Source of the DNA: Candidatus Cloacimonadota bacterium
GTDB lineage: Bacteria; Cloacimonadota; Cloacimonadia; Cloacimonadales; TCS61
NCBI GenBank assembly: GCA_021734835.1
Contig: JAIPIH010000010.1
Span: 942-64,941 of the forward strand
Reading direction: 5' to 3'
DNA: 64,000 nucleotides
The translations under genes were made by a program, and so were the position numbers. The notes beneath the pieces are model-generated. The model searched no databases, was not told where the DNA came from, and saw only the letters and a program-made list of their open reading frames with translations. Numbering within the stretch: position 1 is the stretch's first letter; the number at the start of each line of letters is the position of its first letter. This document shows, one piece after another, positions 55,903-64,000 of the stretch.

Positions 55903-57090
55903 ATGAAGAATAAACAAATTGATATATTGGATGTATTATTAATTTTAGCCAAGCATAAGAAGTTTATAATTTGGACAACCTTAATTGTGAGTATAATAGC
56001 TGTAATTTATAGTTTAGTAGTTCCTCAACTCTGGACCTCAACAGCAGTGATTTTACCTCTACAAAATGACTCTAGCAAACTCTCCATTTCTAGTTCTTCT
56101 TTAATGAGTCTTGGATCATCATTTTTAGGCGATATATTTGAAGCTAAAGGAACAGAACTGCTTGCAATTTTAAACAGTCGGACATTTTCCAGGGACATTG
56201 TTATTAAATTTAACTTAATCGATTATTTAAAACTAGATGATAGAGACAGTTTGATGGTTATGGATAAAGCAATAGAGCATTTACGTTTGAATATGCTCGG
56301 GTTAAGTTTAGACGATGAGTCGGGTATGATCTCAATTACAATTAAATCGAAAGATAAATATCTCTCAGCTGACATTGCGAATTATTATTGCTATAAAATT
56401 AATGATTATAATCTCAATACAAGAATGAGTTCAGGAAAGAGGAAGAGGATATTTATTGAGACGAGATTGAATGAAATTAAATCAGATATTGATTCATTAG
56501 CAGATAAAATGAAAGAGTTTCAAGAAGAGAACAATGTGATAATATTTTCAGACCAAGTCAGTGATATTATAACAAATTACGTTGGTTTAGTCTCTCAAAA
56601 AAGAAAACTAGATATTGAATATGAATATACAGTAAATAACTTGAAAGAAATGACACCATTAATTGAAGAGTTAACTCAAAGAAGAGAAATATTAAAACAA
56701 CAAATAGAGAATCTTGAGTATTCCAAAACCAAAAACAGTAAATATATAATTAATATTGATGATGTTCCACAGCTTACACTATTATATAAAAATTATGAAG
56801 CTGAATATAGGATATTAAAAGAACTTTACTCTTTCTTATATCCCCAATTTGAAACAGCTAAAATTGAAGAGTTAAAAGACTTACCAACAATTAATGTTAT
56901 AGATCGAGCTGTTCCTGCTGGTATAAGATCTTGGCCAAAAAGAGCAAAATTATGCATTATGTCTTTTCTTGTTGCTTTTATCCTGAGTTCAATCATTGCC
57001 TTAATTCGAAATTCTTATGACAATTTGAAAATAGATGAAAATAATAATTCTAAATTAATTCAGTTAAAAAAGTATTTATTAAATAAATAG
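55903..57090 (+). CDS. wzz: Polysaccharide co-polymerase / chain-length determinant (Wzz-like, no kinase domain)
   Basis: N-terminal IDILDVLLILAKHKKFI plus a TM helix, a long coiled-coil periplasmic region and a C-terminal TM helix. Confidence 0.7.
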   Translation: MKNKQIDILDVLLILAKHKKFIIWTTLIVSIIAVIYSLVVPQLWTSTAVILPLQNDSSKLSISSSSLMSLGSSFLGDIFEAKGTELLAILNSRTFSRDIVIKFNLIDYLKLDDRDSLMVMDKAIEHLRLNMLGLSLDDESGMISITIKSKDKYLSADIANYYCYKINDYNLNTRMSSGKRKRIFIETRLNEIKSDIDSLADKMKEFQEENNVIIFSDQVSDIITNYVGLVSQKRKLDIEYEYTVNNLKEMTPLIEELTQRREILKQQIENLEYSKTKNSKYIINIDDVPQLTLLYKNYEAEYRILKELYSFLYPQFETAKIEELKDLPTINVIDRAVPAGIRSWPKRAKLCIMSFLVAFILSSIIALIRNSYDNLKIDENNNSKLIQLKKYLLNK

Positions 57091-57107
57091 CAAACAAAAA
57101 GAATATA

Positions 57108-58562
57108 ATGAATAAGTCAAATTATTCAAACAAGGCAATAATTGTTACTTTAGGCCGTTCTATTGAAAAAATTTTACTAATCATCTTGTATGTTCTACTT
57201 TCAAGGTACCTTTCAAAATACGATTATGGAACTTATCGCCAAGTAATTTTGGTTTACTCTTTCTTTATGATTATTTTTGTTTTCGGGATGCCTGCCAGCA
57301 TTAATTATTTCTTACCAAAATTAAATTTTGAAAAGCAGAAAACTTTAATTATTCAAACCGTGCTTTTTTTATTAATAATTTCATTTCTACTAGGCGGTAC
57401 TTTATTATTATTTAATGATACATTAAGCAAAATTCTTAATAATGTAAATTTGAAAAGTTTAACAATATTATTATCATTATTATTAATTTTCAGCTTACCC
57501 GCATCTATTTATTATAATTTTTTAATAATGATTGATAAGACAAAACTTTGCGGTTTACTCAGTATTATATTCGGATTCATGAAATTGGGTTTTGTTTTAA
57601 TAGCAATTTTGTATTATAATTCAATTTTCAATATTTTATTGTCTTTAGTTTTGTTTTCTTTTCTGCAATTGGTTATTGTTTTGATAATCATATTTAGATA
57701 TTATTCAGGAATATCTTTTACATTTTCCAGAGTGCAATTTATTAAACAATTCCAATTTGCATTTCCTCTTGGAATTGCTTCAATTATTGGTATATTAATC
57801 AAAAGAATGGATCAGTTTATGATATCGTATTTTTTTAATCCGACCGATTATGCTGAATATGCGAATGGATCTATAGAAATACCATTTCTCTCAATTTTAA
57901 CAAATTCGGTAATGGTCGTGTTGATGCCTTTTTTTGTATTGGCATTTGAAGAGGGGAGAATTTCAGATTTTGTCTCAAAATGGCAGACTGCAATACTAAA
58001 AGTAGGGCTGCTCATAATTCCTATATGTGCGTTTTTGATATCTTACTCAAATGAAATAATTGTATCTTTATTTTCTCAAAAGTATGTAATCAGTGGTTTG
58101 ATATTTAAAATATATTTATTTAGCGAATTTGCCCGTATTACAATATTTGGTAACATACTTTTAGCATTAGGAAAATCAAAAACTATTTTTAAATTTGCTT
58201 CAATAACTCTACTACTTAATTTGATTTTAAATTTAATTATGATAAAAATATTCGGTTTGATCGGCCCGGCAATTGCCTCTGTACTTTCGGTGTATATAAT
58301 GAATACAATGCAGCTCTTTGAAATATCACGAACTCTGAATGTTAAAGTCCATAATTTATGGCCTTGGAAAAAATTAACAATTATCTTATTTATTAGTTTT
58401 CTAATCGCATTATTATCATCAGTTCCTAAATATCTTTTCGATACGTTAATTCTTCAAATTTCAATAGGTGTAATTATATTTTTAATTTCATATTACTTGT
58501 TATTTAAAAAAACAATTTCAAAAATGTATCCCAATCTAGATTTCATATTTTGGAAGAGATAG
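57108..58562 (+). CDS. wzx: MOP-superfamily oligosaccharide flippase (Wzx-like)
   Basis: 484 aa, about 12-14 TM helices; position in the polysaccharide locus. Confidence 0.7.
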   Translation: MNKSNYSNKAIIVTLGRSIEKILLIILYVLLSRYLSKYDYGTYRQVILVYSFFMIIFVFGMPASINYFLPKLNFEKQKTLIIQTVLFLLIISFLLGGTLLLFNDTLSKILNNVNLKSLTILLSLLLIFSLPASIYYNFLIMIDKTKLCGLLSIIFGFMKLGFVLIAILYYNSIFNILLSLVLFSFLQLVIVLIIIFRYYSGISFTFSRVQFIKQFQFAFPLGIASIIGILIKRMDQFMISYFFNPTDYAEYANGSIEIPFLSILTNSVMVVLMPFFVLAFEEGRISDFVSKWQTAILKVGLLIIPICAFLISYSNEIIVSLFSQKYVISGLIFKIYLFSEFARITIFGNILLALGKSKTIFKFASITLLLNLILNLIMIKIFGLIGPAIASVLSVYIMNTMQLFEISRTLNVKVHNLWPWKKLTIILFISFLIALLSSVPKYLFDTLILQISIGVIIFLISYYLLFKKTISKMYPNLDFIFWKR

Positions 58563-58572
58563 GGATAATTCA

Positions 58573-59913
58573 ATGAGAACTTTATTGGCTGAAGCTTATT
58601 CAAATAAATTCTATATGCTGGTTGTAATAATTGTTGTTTTCTTTACAATAGGTATTGTTTTTCACTTTGAATGGTTTCTAACATTGTTGATTATGTGCAT
58701 AATAATTACACTATTATTTGTGAATAGATCATTATTATGGGGATTGATTATTTTCGGGTTGGCTTTATTATCATCTATTAACATGCAATTCGATACATTC
58801 TTTCATTTCAACACAACAATTATTTTATTATTCATTTTAGTAATTAAGTATTCCAATGAATTATTAATTGTTAATATTAAACCAAATAAGAATATATTGC
58901 TGTTTTTAGCAATTTATGTTTTTTTAATATATACTTTGTCATACTCCAGCGATCAAGAATTCGGGATGATGAAACTAAAAAAATTTATCTTATCAACTCC
59001 TTTTTTTATCATTACTTTTTTAGTTTTTAAAAATCAATTTAAAAGTATATCTACTATTTTCAGATCTGCATTCATTATTGGTCTTTGCTATTTATTTTTT
59101 GTCATAACTTATCCTGATTACAGCTACTTCCCTAGACTAACAACTTTACATATTAATCCTATATGGTTTTCTCGGTTTTTAGGTATGATTTTTATAATAG
59201 GAGTTTTTTTTATTCGATGGTCAAAGAAAATTCATTTCAAATTATCCTATTTCACGGCAATTTTATTTATGTTATTTTTCATGATAAGAACAGGTTCCCG
59301 GGGGCCTATTTTATCATTAGCTGTTTCATTGTTATTTGTATACATAATAGATTTATTTAAGCAAAAGAGATTTAATTTAAAATTATTTTTAATGATATTA
59401 TCTACTATAATGATAATAGCAATAATGTTATATATAGCTTCAAGTTTTTTGCCAGAAGATATTAAAGAAAGACTGTTAAGCAAAGGGCGTGATGTTCAAA
59501 ACTCTAGCTTGGTACGTGTATTACTTGCAGTTGATGCGATTAATTTATTTAAATCAAATCTAATTTTAGGTGTAGGGTTAGGTGGTTTTACAAAGGGAGT
59601 TTTAGGAAATTTTAAGTATCCGCACAACATTTTTTTAGAATTACTTTCGGAAATGGGTATCATCGGCACAATTTTTTTTAGCAGTATCTTTATATATGCT
59701 TCTTTTAAGTTTTCTCGAATTATTAAAAAATATGGAGTATACTCAAAGGGATATGAGGTAGGGATGCTGTTACTTACTATTTTCATTTTTACTTTTATTA
59801 ATGCACAGTTTAGCGGAAGTATTGACGGAAATATGTATTTGTGGTTTTCAATCGGTGGAGTTATTTTTTATTCAACCTGGGATGGAGATATACTAAATGA
59901 GAATTTATCATAA
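58573..59913 (+). CDS. wzy: O-antigen polymerase/ligase family membrane protein (Wzy-like)
   Basis: Polytopic membrane protein. RTGSRGPILSLAVSL motif and a large loop typical of the Wzy_C/O-antigen ligase domain. Confidence 0.65.
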   Translation: MRTLLAEAYSNKFYMLVVIIVVFFTIGIVFHFEWFLTLLIMCIIITLLFVNRSLLWGLIIFGLALLSSINMQFDTFFHFNTTIILLFILVIKYSNELLIVNIKPNKNILLFLAIYVFLIYTLSYSSDQEFGMMKLKKFILSTPFFIITFLVFKNQFKSISTIFRSAFIIGLCYLFFVITYPDYSYFPRLTTLHINPIWFSRFLGMIFIIGVFFIRWSKKIHFKLSYFTAILFMLFFMIRTGSRGPILSLAVSLLFVYIIDLFKQKRFNLKLFLMILSTIMIIAIMLYIASSFLPEDIKERLLSKGRDVQNSSLVRVLLAVDAINLFKSNLILGVGLGGFTKGVLGNFKYPHNIFLELLSEMGIIGTIFFSSIFIYASFKFSRIIKKYGVYSKGYEVGMLLLTIFIFTFINAQFSGSIDGNMYLWFSIGGVIFYSTWDGDILNENLS

Positions 59914-59966
59914 ATTATGGTATTTAAATTTATCACTGATATGTATGGTATTATTGTAAACAGATT

Positions 59967-61004
59967 ATGAAAATCTTATATTATGCTCCATATAGTTTTT
60001 CTTTAAAGAATCAATTACCACTAAACAAAGCTCCCAGGATTAGGCAATACAGTATTTATCATGCTTTAATAAAGGATCATGATCTTTACTGTATTTCTGG
60101 TGATTATGAAGAGAGAAAGGATGCTGTACTTAGATTTTTTAAGGAAGAAGACATAACTAAATATGACGGTATGTATTGTGAATCTCACAATTGGCCACTT
60201 AAAATATTAGATTATAAGTTTTTTAAATTTTGCAAAGGAAAAATCCCGATGACAATTTTTTATCGCGATTGCTACTGGAAAACTAATGATTATCTAAAAA
60301 AACCCAGTTTTAATAAAATTCAATCATATATCCGATTTAAAATTGAGTATTTGATTTTTGCTAGATATTTTAACTTATTTTTTGTACCGACTAAATTATT
60401 TAGTGAGTTTTGTGGAATTAAAAATTATTCTATCTTACAACCAGCTGGAATTGTTAGAAAAATAGCTCCAAAAGAATATAATGATGGAATTTTTCGAATA
60501 CTTTTTGCAGGTAATATGAAAAAAGGTTGTGAAATTATTTTTGATATTATGAAAAGAATGCTGCAAAAAAATACTAAGATAGAGCTGCATATATTCAGTA
60601 CCGATGCACCCGAGATAAATATTCAGAATGTTTTCTTCCATAGAACAAGTCTTCAAGATAATAAGCGACTAATTAGTAAATGTCATGTAGGATTAATTCC
60701 TCACGAAAAAATAGAATATCTTGATCTAGCATTTCCACTTAAAATTATGGATTATTTAAGTTATGGTTTACCAGTAATTTCTACAAATACACTTGAAGTG
60801 GAAAATTTTTTAAGAATCCACAATGTTGGAGTAGCTGTTGAGCATGATGTTGAAAGTTATGTTAAAGCTATTGAATTTTTCATTGAAAATAAAGATTATT
60901 TTATTGAGTTAAGTAAGAATGCCTTGGAGTTAATAAAAACAACAGAGAATTGGGACAATAGAGTGGAAAGGATCACTAATGTTTTACGAGAGTTAAAAAA
61001 ATGA
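59967..61004 (+). CDS. Glycosyltransferase (GT-B fold, divergent)
   Basis: The C-terminal half has GT1/GT4-like features (FPLKIMDYLSYGLPVIST). The N-terminal half is atypical. Confidence 0.55.
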   Translation: MKILYYAPYSFSLKNQLPLNKAPRIRQYSIYHALIKDHDLYCISGDYEERKDAVLRFFKEEDITKYDGMYCESHNWPLKILDYKFFKFCKGKIPMTIFYRDCYWKTNDYLKKPSFNKIQSYIRFKIEYLIFARYFNLFFVPTKLFSEFCGIKNYSILQPAGIVRKIAPKEYNDGIFRILFAGNMKKGCEIIFDIMKRMLQKNTKIELHIFSTDAPEINIQNVFFHRTSLQDNKRLISKCHVGLIPHEKIEYLDLAFPLKIMDYLSYGLPVISTNTLEVENFLRIHNVGVAVEHDVESYVKAIEFFIENKDYFIELSKNALELIKTTENWDNRVERITNVLRELKK

Positions 61005-62170
61005 AGATCCTAATATTCTCACATTTATTCCCAAATAACATTGATCAAACAAGTGGAATTTTTGTTTTTGAAAGAGTAAAATTTTTAAAGCAATTTTTCG
61101 AGATCACTATTGTAGCTCCAGTTCCGTATTTCCCAAAAATCCAAATATTTAAAAAGTGGAGTAAATTTTCAAAAATTCCCAAATACGAGATCATTGAAGG
61201 TATCGAAATCTTTCATCCCAGATATCTCCTTTTTCCCAAGAATCTTCTTCGTCCTCAAATCGGATTATTTCTCTTTTTTTCCACCTTTAATCTTATTAAA
61301 AGTTTACATTCTATTAATCATTTCGATTTAATCCATGCTCATTTTATTCAACCTTCAGGAATTGCAGCTTCAATGATTGGCGAGAAAATCGATGTACCTG
61401 TTGTTATTACAGAACATTTCGGAAGGTTAAATGATGATCTCGAAAATAGATCAATGCAATCATTAATCAAAAAGACATTTGAAAAGATCGATAAGTTGAT
61501 AGTGGTCTCTGAAAGATTGCAAAATGAGTTGTTAAAAAAAGGGTATGATGATTCAAAAATTACTGTTATTCCTAATGGGGTTGATATGACTAAATTTATC
61601 CCAAATAAAAAACCAAGACAAGTGTTAAATCAAATTAATTTAATAAGTATTGGGAACTTAATAGAAAACAAAGGATACCGATTTCTTATCAAAGCAATAA
61701 AATTATTAGTTGAAAAAAATATTAATGTGAAACTACGAATAATTGGAGAGGGTATATTAAGAGAAGAATTGCAAAAAATGATTGAAGATTACGATTTATT
61801 GGATCATGTCACTTTAATTGGAGAAGTAAAACACGATTTGATTTTTGATTATTTGGATACTGCACATATGTTAATACACCCCAGCCTTATAGAAAGCTTC
61901 AGTGTGGTAACTATTGAAGCATTAGCATGTGGATTGCCAGTTGTGGTAACTGCTTGTGGCGGGCCTGAGAATTTTGTAAACAAAAGAGTTGGAGTGGTCG
62001 TAAATAAAGGGGATAGTAGAGAATTAGCATCAGGTATCAATTATGTAATAAATAATTATGATAAATACGATCCTGATGAAATTTGTGAGTATTGCAGAAA
62101 TAATTTTTCTTATGAAATAATAATAAAGAAAATTAGTGATTTATATAGAGAAGTAATAAATGAACACTAA
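61001..62170 (+). CDS. Family 4 glycosyltransferase
   Basis: GT4 N-domain and E-x7-E region (PSLIESFSVVTIEALACGLPVVVT). ATGA overlap with the upstream gene. Confidence 0.8.
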   Translation: MKILIFSHLFPNNIDQTSGIFVFERVKFLKQFFEITIVAPVPYFPKIQIFKKWSKFSKIPKYEIIEGIEIFHPRYLLFPKNLLRPQIGLFLFFSTFNLIKSLHSINHFDLIHAHFIQPSGIAASMIGEKIDVPVVITEHFGRLNDDLENRSMQSLIKKTFEKIDKLIVVSERLQNELLKKGYDDSKITVIPNGVDMTKFIPNKKPRQVLNQINLISIGNLIENKGYRFLIKAIKLLVEKNINVKLRIIGEGILREELQKMIEDYDLLDHVTLIGEVKHDLIFDYLDTAHMLIHPSLIESFSVVTIEALACGLPVVVTACGGPENFVNKRVGVVVNKGDSRELASGINYVINNYDKYDPDEICEYCRNNFSYEIIIKKISDLYREVINEH

Positions 62171-63257
62171 AGTAACTCATCTATCTTCAGTCCATCCTGC
62201 ATCCGACACCAGAATATTTCTTAAGGAATGTAGCAGCTTGGCTAAGTACTATACAGTAACACTAATTGCGAAAGCTGAAAAAAAAAGTATTAATAATGGG
62301 GTAAATATCATCCCATTTAAAACATTCAAAAATCGTTTTCTTAGAATGTTCATTTCACCACTTCGAATGTTTTTCCTTGCCCTTAAGTACAAAGCTGAAA
62401 TATATCATATTCATGATCCAGAGTTATTGATCACATTAATGTTACTTAAAATATTCACTCGTTCTAAATTGATATATGATATTCACGAAGATGTAGTTAG
62501 CGATTTACAGAGTAAAGCATATTTACGAGGCATATTAAGAAATTCAATATCTGTAATTTTTAATAAATTTGAAAGAAAAATTTCAAGATTGACAGATTAC
62601 AATATCACTGCGACTCCTTTTATACGAGAAAAGTTTAAGAAATTAAATGATAGAACAATTGATATTAATAACTATCCAATCCAAGATGAATTAGTTAGTA
62701 AGCATAAACCACATTCTAAAAGTGTATGTTATATAGGAAGCATTACAAAAGTGAGAGGAATTAGTACTATAATTGATGCTATGGAGTTAGTAGATGCTGA
62801 ATTAATTCTAGCTGGGAACTATGAACCTACATCTTACAGAGATGAACTAAAATCCAAAAAAGGTTGGCAAAAAGTTAAGGAAGTGGGTTTCGTTAATCGT
62901 AACGAAATGAAAAAAATCCTTTCTATCTCAATAGCGGGCTTGGTCCTTTTTGAACCTGTACCAAATCACATTAATGCTCAACCAAACAAATTATTCGAAT
63001 ATATGTCATCGTCTTTGGCTGTTATCTGTTCGAATTTTCCATTATGGTATACGATTGTTGAGAAAAATCACTGTGGAATTCTTGTCGATCCACTGAATTC
63101 AGATGAGATCGCTTCTGCTATAAACCACTTGATAGAAAACCCAAAGATATCTAAGAGATTGGGAAAAAATGGGAGTCAAGCAGTTAAAGAAATTTTCAAT
63201 TGGAAATCTGAAGAAAGAAAATTATTCTTATTATATAAAAAAATATTAGGAGTGTAA
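62160..63257 (+). CDS. Family 4 glycosyltransferase
   Basis: VTHLSSVHPASDTRIF N-terminus typical of a GT4 subgroup. C-terminal NKLFEYMSSSLAVICSN donor-binding region. Confidence 0.75.
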   Translation: MNTKVTHLSSVHPASDTRIFLKECSSLAKYYTVTLIAKAEKKSINNGVNIIPFKTFKNRFLRMFISPLRMFFLALKYKAEIYHIHDPELLITLMLLKIFTRSKLIYDIHEDVVSDLQSKAYLRGILRNSISVIFNKFERKISRLTDYNITATPFIREKFKKLNDRTIDINNYPIQDELVSKHKPHSKSVCYIGSITKVRGISTIIDAMELVDAELILAGNYEPTSYRDELKSKKGWQKVKEVGFVNRNEMKKILSISIAGLVLFEPVPNHINAQPNKLFEYMSSSLAVICSNFPLWYTIVEKNHCGILVDPLNSDEIASAINHLIENPKISKRLGKNGSQAVKEIFNWKSEERKLFLLYKKILGV

Positions 63258-63258
63258 T

Positions 63259-64000
63259 TTGAAAGTTTATTTCTTTTCATCATTGTTTCTATTAATTTAC
63301 CATCTTTTTTTGTACGGGATTTTGTTACAAATTGTGAATATTTTCAAATCACGTAAAAGTAAATTAAATCTTGATTATCTGCCATCTGTAACTATACTAG
63401 CCGCAGCATATAACGAAGAAAAGAAAATTGATAATTTGCTTACTTCATTCGCAAACGTTGATTATCCTGAAGATTTAATAAATTTATTAATCGTATCAGA
63501 CGATAGTACAGATTCTACTAACGATATTGTGCAAAAATACAGTACTCATTTTTCCAATATAAGATTGAAAATCCAACATCCACGTGGTGGGAAAGCATCT
63601 GCGTTAAATTTGATCGAACCCTTTCTTAAAACTGAAATCATTATTTCAGCTGATGCTTCTTCATATATTCAGAAAGATTCTATTAAAAAGCTGGTGCGAT
63701 ATTTTGCAGATGAGAAAATTGGTCTTGTTTCTGGTCAGATGATCTTGAAACAGGAAATTGGTACTAGTCAAGGCGAAGGAATATATTGGAAATATGAAAG
63801 TTGGCTCCGCAAGAATGAGTCCGATTTATATTCCCTTATAGTTGCCAGCGGTTGTTTATTTGCCATGAGAAGAAGTTTGTATAAACAGGTACACCCTTCT
63901 TCACCTGACGATTTTGAAAGAACTTTGATTACTCTAAAAAACGGGTATTTAGCGGTTTTAGAACCTTCTGCTATTGTATTCGAGAAACTAACTTCAAGCC
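63259..64000 (+). CDS. Family 2 glycosyltransferase, 5' part (3' end off window)
   Basis: Open frame from TTG 63259 to the window end. N-terminal TM helix, PSVTILAAYNEE, VSDDSTDST (DxD-type) and GGKASALN, typical of membrane GT2 enzymes. The start codon is uncertain. Confidence 0.65.
   Translation, partial: MKVYFFSSLFLLIYHLFLYGILLQIVNIFKSRKSKLNLDYLPSVTILAAAYNEEKKIDNLLTSFANVDYPEDLINLLIVSDDSTDSTNDIVQKYSTHFSNIRLKIQHPRGGKASALNLIEPFLKTEIIISADASSYIQKDSIKKLVRYFADEKIGLVSGQMILKQEIGTSQGEGIYWKYESWLRKNESDLYSLIVASGCLFAMRRSLYKQVHPSSPDDFERTLITLKNGYLAVLEPSAIVFEKLTSS

Noticed and set aside
55696-55917. 73-aa minus-strand ORF in the large intergenic region.
   Set aside because: The sequence is hydrophobic and low-complexity, with no SD. 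Its 5' end overlaps the wzz start codon region. Treated as non-coding.
1-64000. Search for CRISPR arrays, tRNA or rRNA genes, IS elements with inverted repeats, integrases, reverse transcriptases and toxin-antitoxin pairs.
   Set aside because: None were recognised by eye on either strand. The absence of small RNAs cannot be guaranteed without covariance-model scans.

Overview
AT-rich (by eye about one-third GC) chromosomal window from a diderm bacterium. No rRNA, tRNA, CRISPR array, transposase or integrase was recognised. All product names come from motifs read in the supplied translations; no database search was possible.

Taxonomy is inference only. A T9SS-type C-terminal sorting domain, TamA/TamB, a selenocysteine-type SelD and a MurE-MurF fusion are compatible with an FCB-group or Cloacimonadota-like anaerobe.

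Layout:
- 1-1.7 kb: 3' part of a type III restriction Res gene, running off the left edge.
- 2-9.4 kb: housekeeping and accessory genes. These are a VOC lipoprotein, a hotdog thioesterase, ZupT, an amidohydrolase, an Asp/Glu racemase, a double FKBP, a GNAT, an alpha/beta hydrolase and a small membrane protein.
- 9.4-26.3 kb, minus strand: a complete dcw cluster, mraZ-rsmH-ftsL-ftsI-murEF-mraY-murD-ftsW-murG-murC-murB-ftsQ-ftsA-ftsZ. murE and murF are fused, there is no ddl, and FtsI carries two PASTA domains.
- 26.3-26.6 kb: divergent control region with a helically phased array of TG(A/G)G boxes, the candidate MraZ operator.
- 26.6-29.3 kb: a GGDEF cyclase with a degenerate receiver, next to a REC-PAS-HD-GYP phosphodiesterase.
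- 29.4-36.3 kb: gcvH, gmk, a divergent rpoZ, a family-4 UDG, dnaB, an MlaE-like permease, a solute-binding lipoprotein, trmL and dapA.
- 36.3-41.2 kb, minus strand: VanZ, DUF3108-like, CorC/CNNM, ybeY and pgpH.
- 41.2-45.6 kb: a Braun-lipoprotein-like coiled-coil lipoprotein plus a LysM protein, an unlisted 55-aa ORF with a near-consensus promoter, an XRE-S24 (LexA/CI-like) repressor with a perfect palindrome, and a SelD gene read through an in-frame UGA.
- 45.6-51.3 kb: tamB and tamA.
- 52.4-55.3 kb: a 965-aa T9SS cargo protein.
- 55.9-64 kb: a very AT-rich Wzx/Wzy-type polysaccharide locus, running off the right edge.

The most interesting items are the Sec-SelD that the ORF track splits, the MraZ box array, the Lpp-like/LysM pair, the MurE-MurF fusion, and the DGC/HD-GYP pair with paralogous receivers. 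I did not find a convincing wholly new multi-gene system. The candidates are listed with modest scores.
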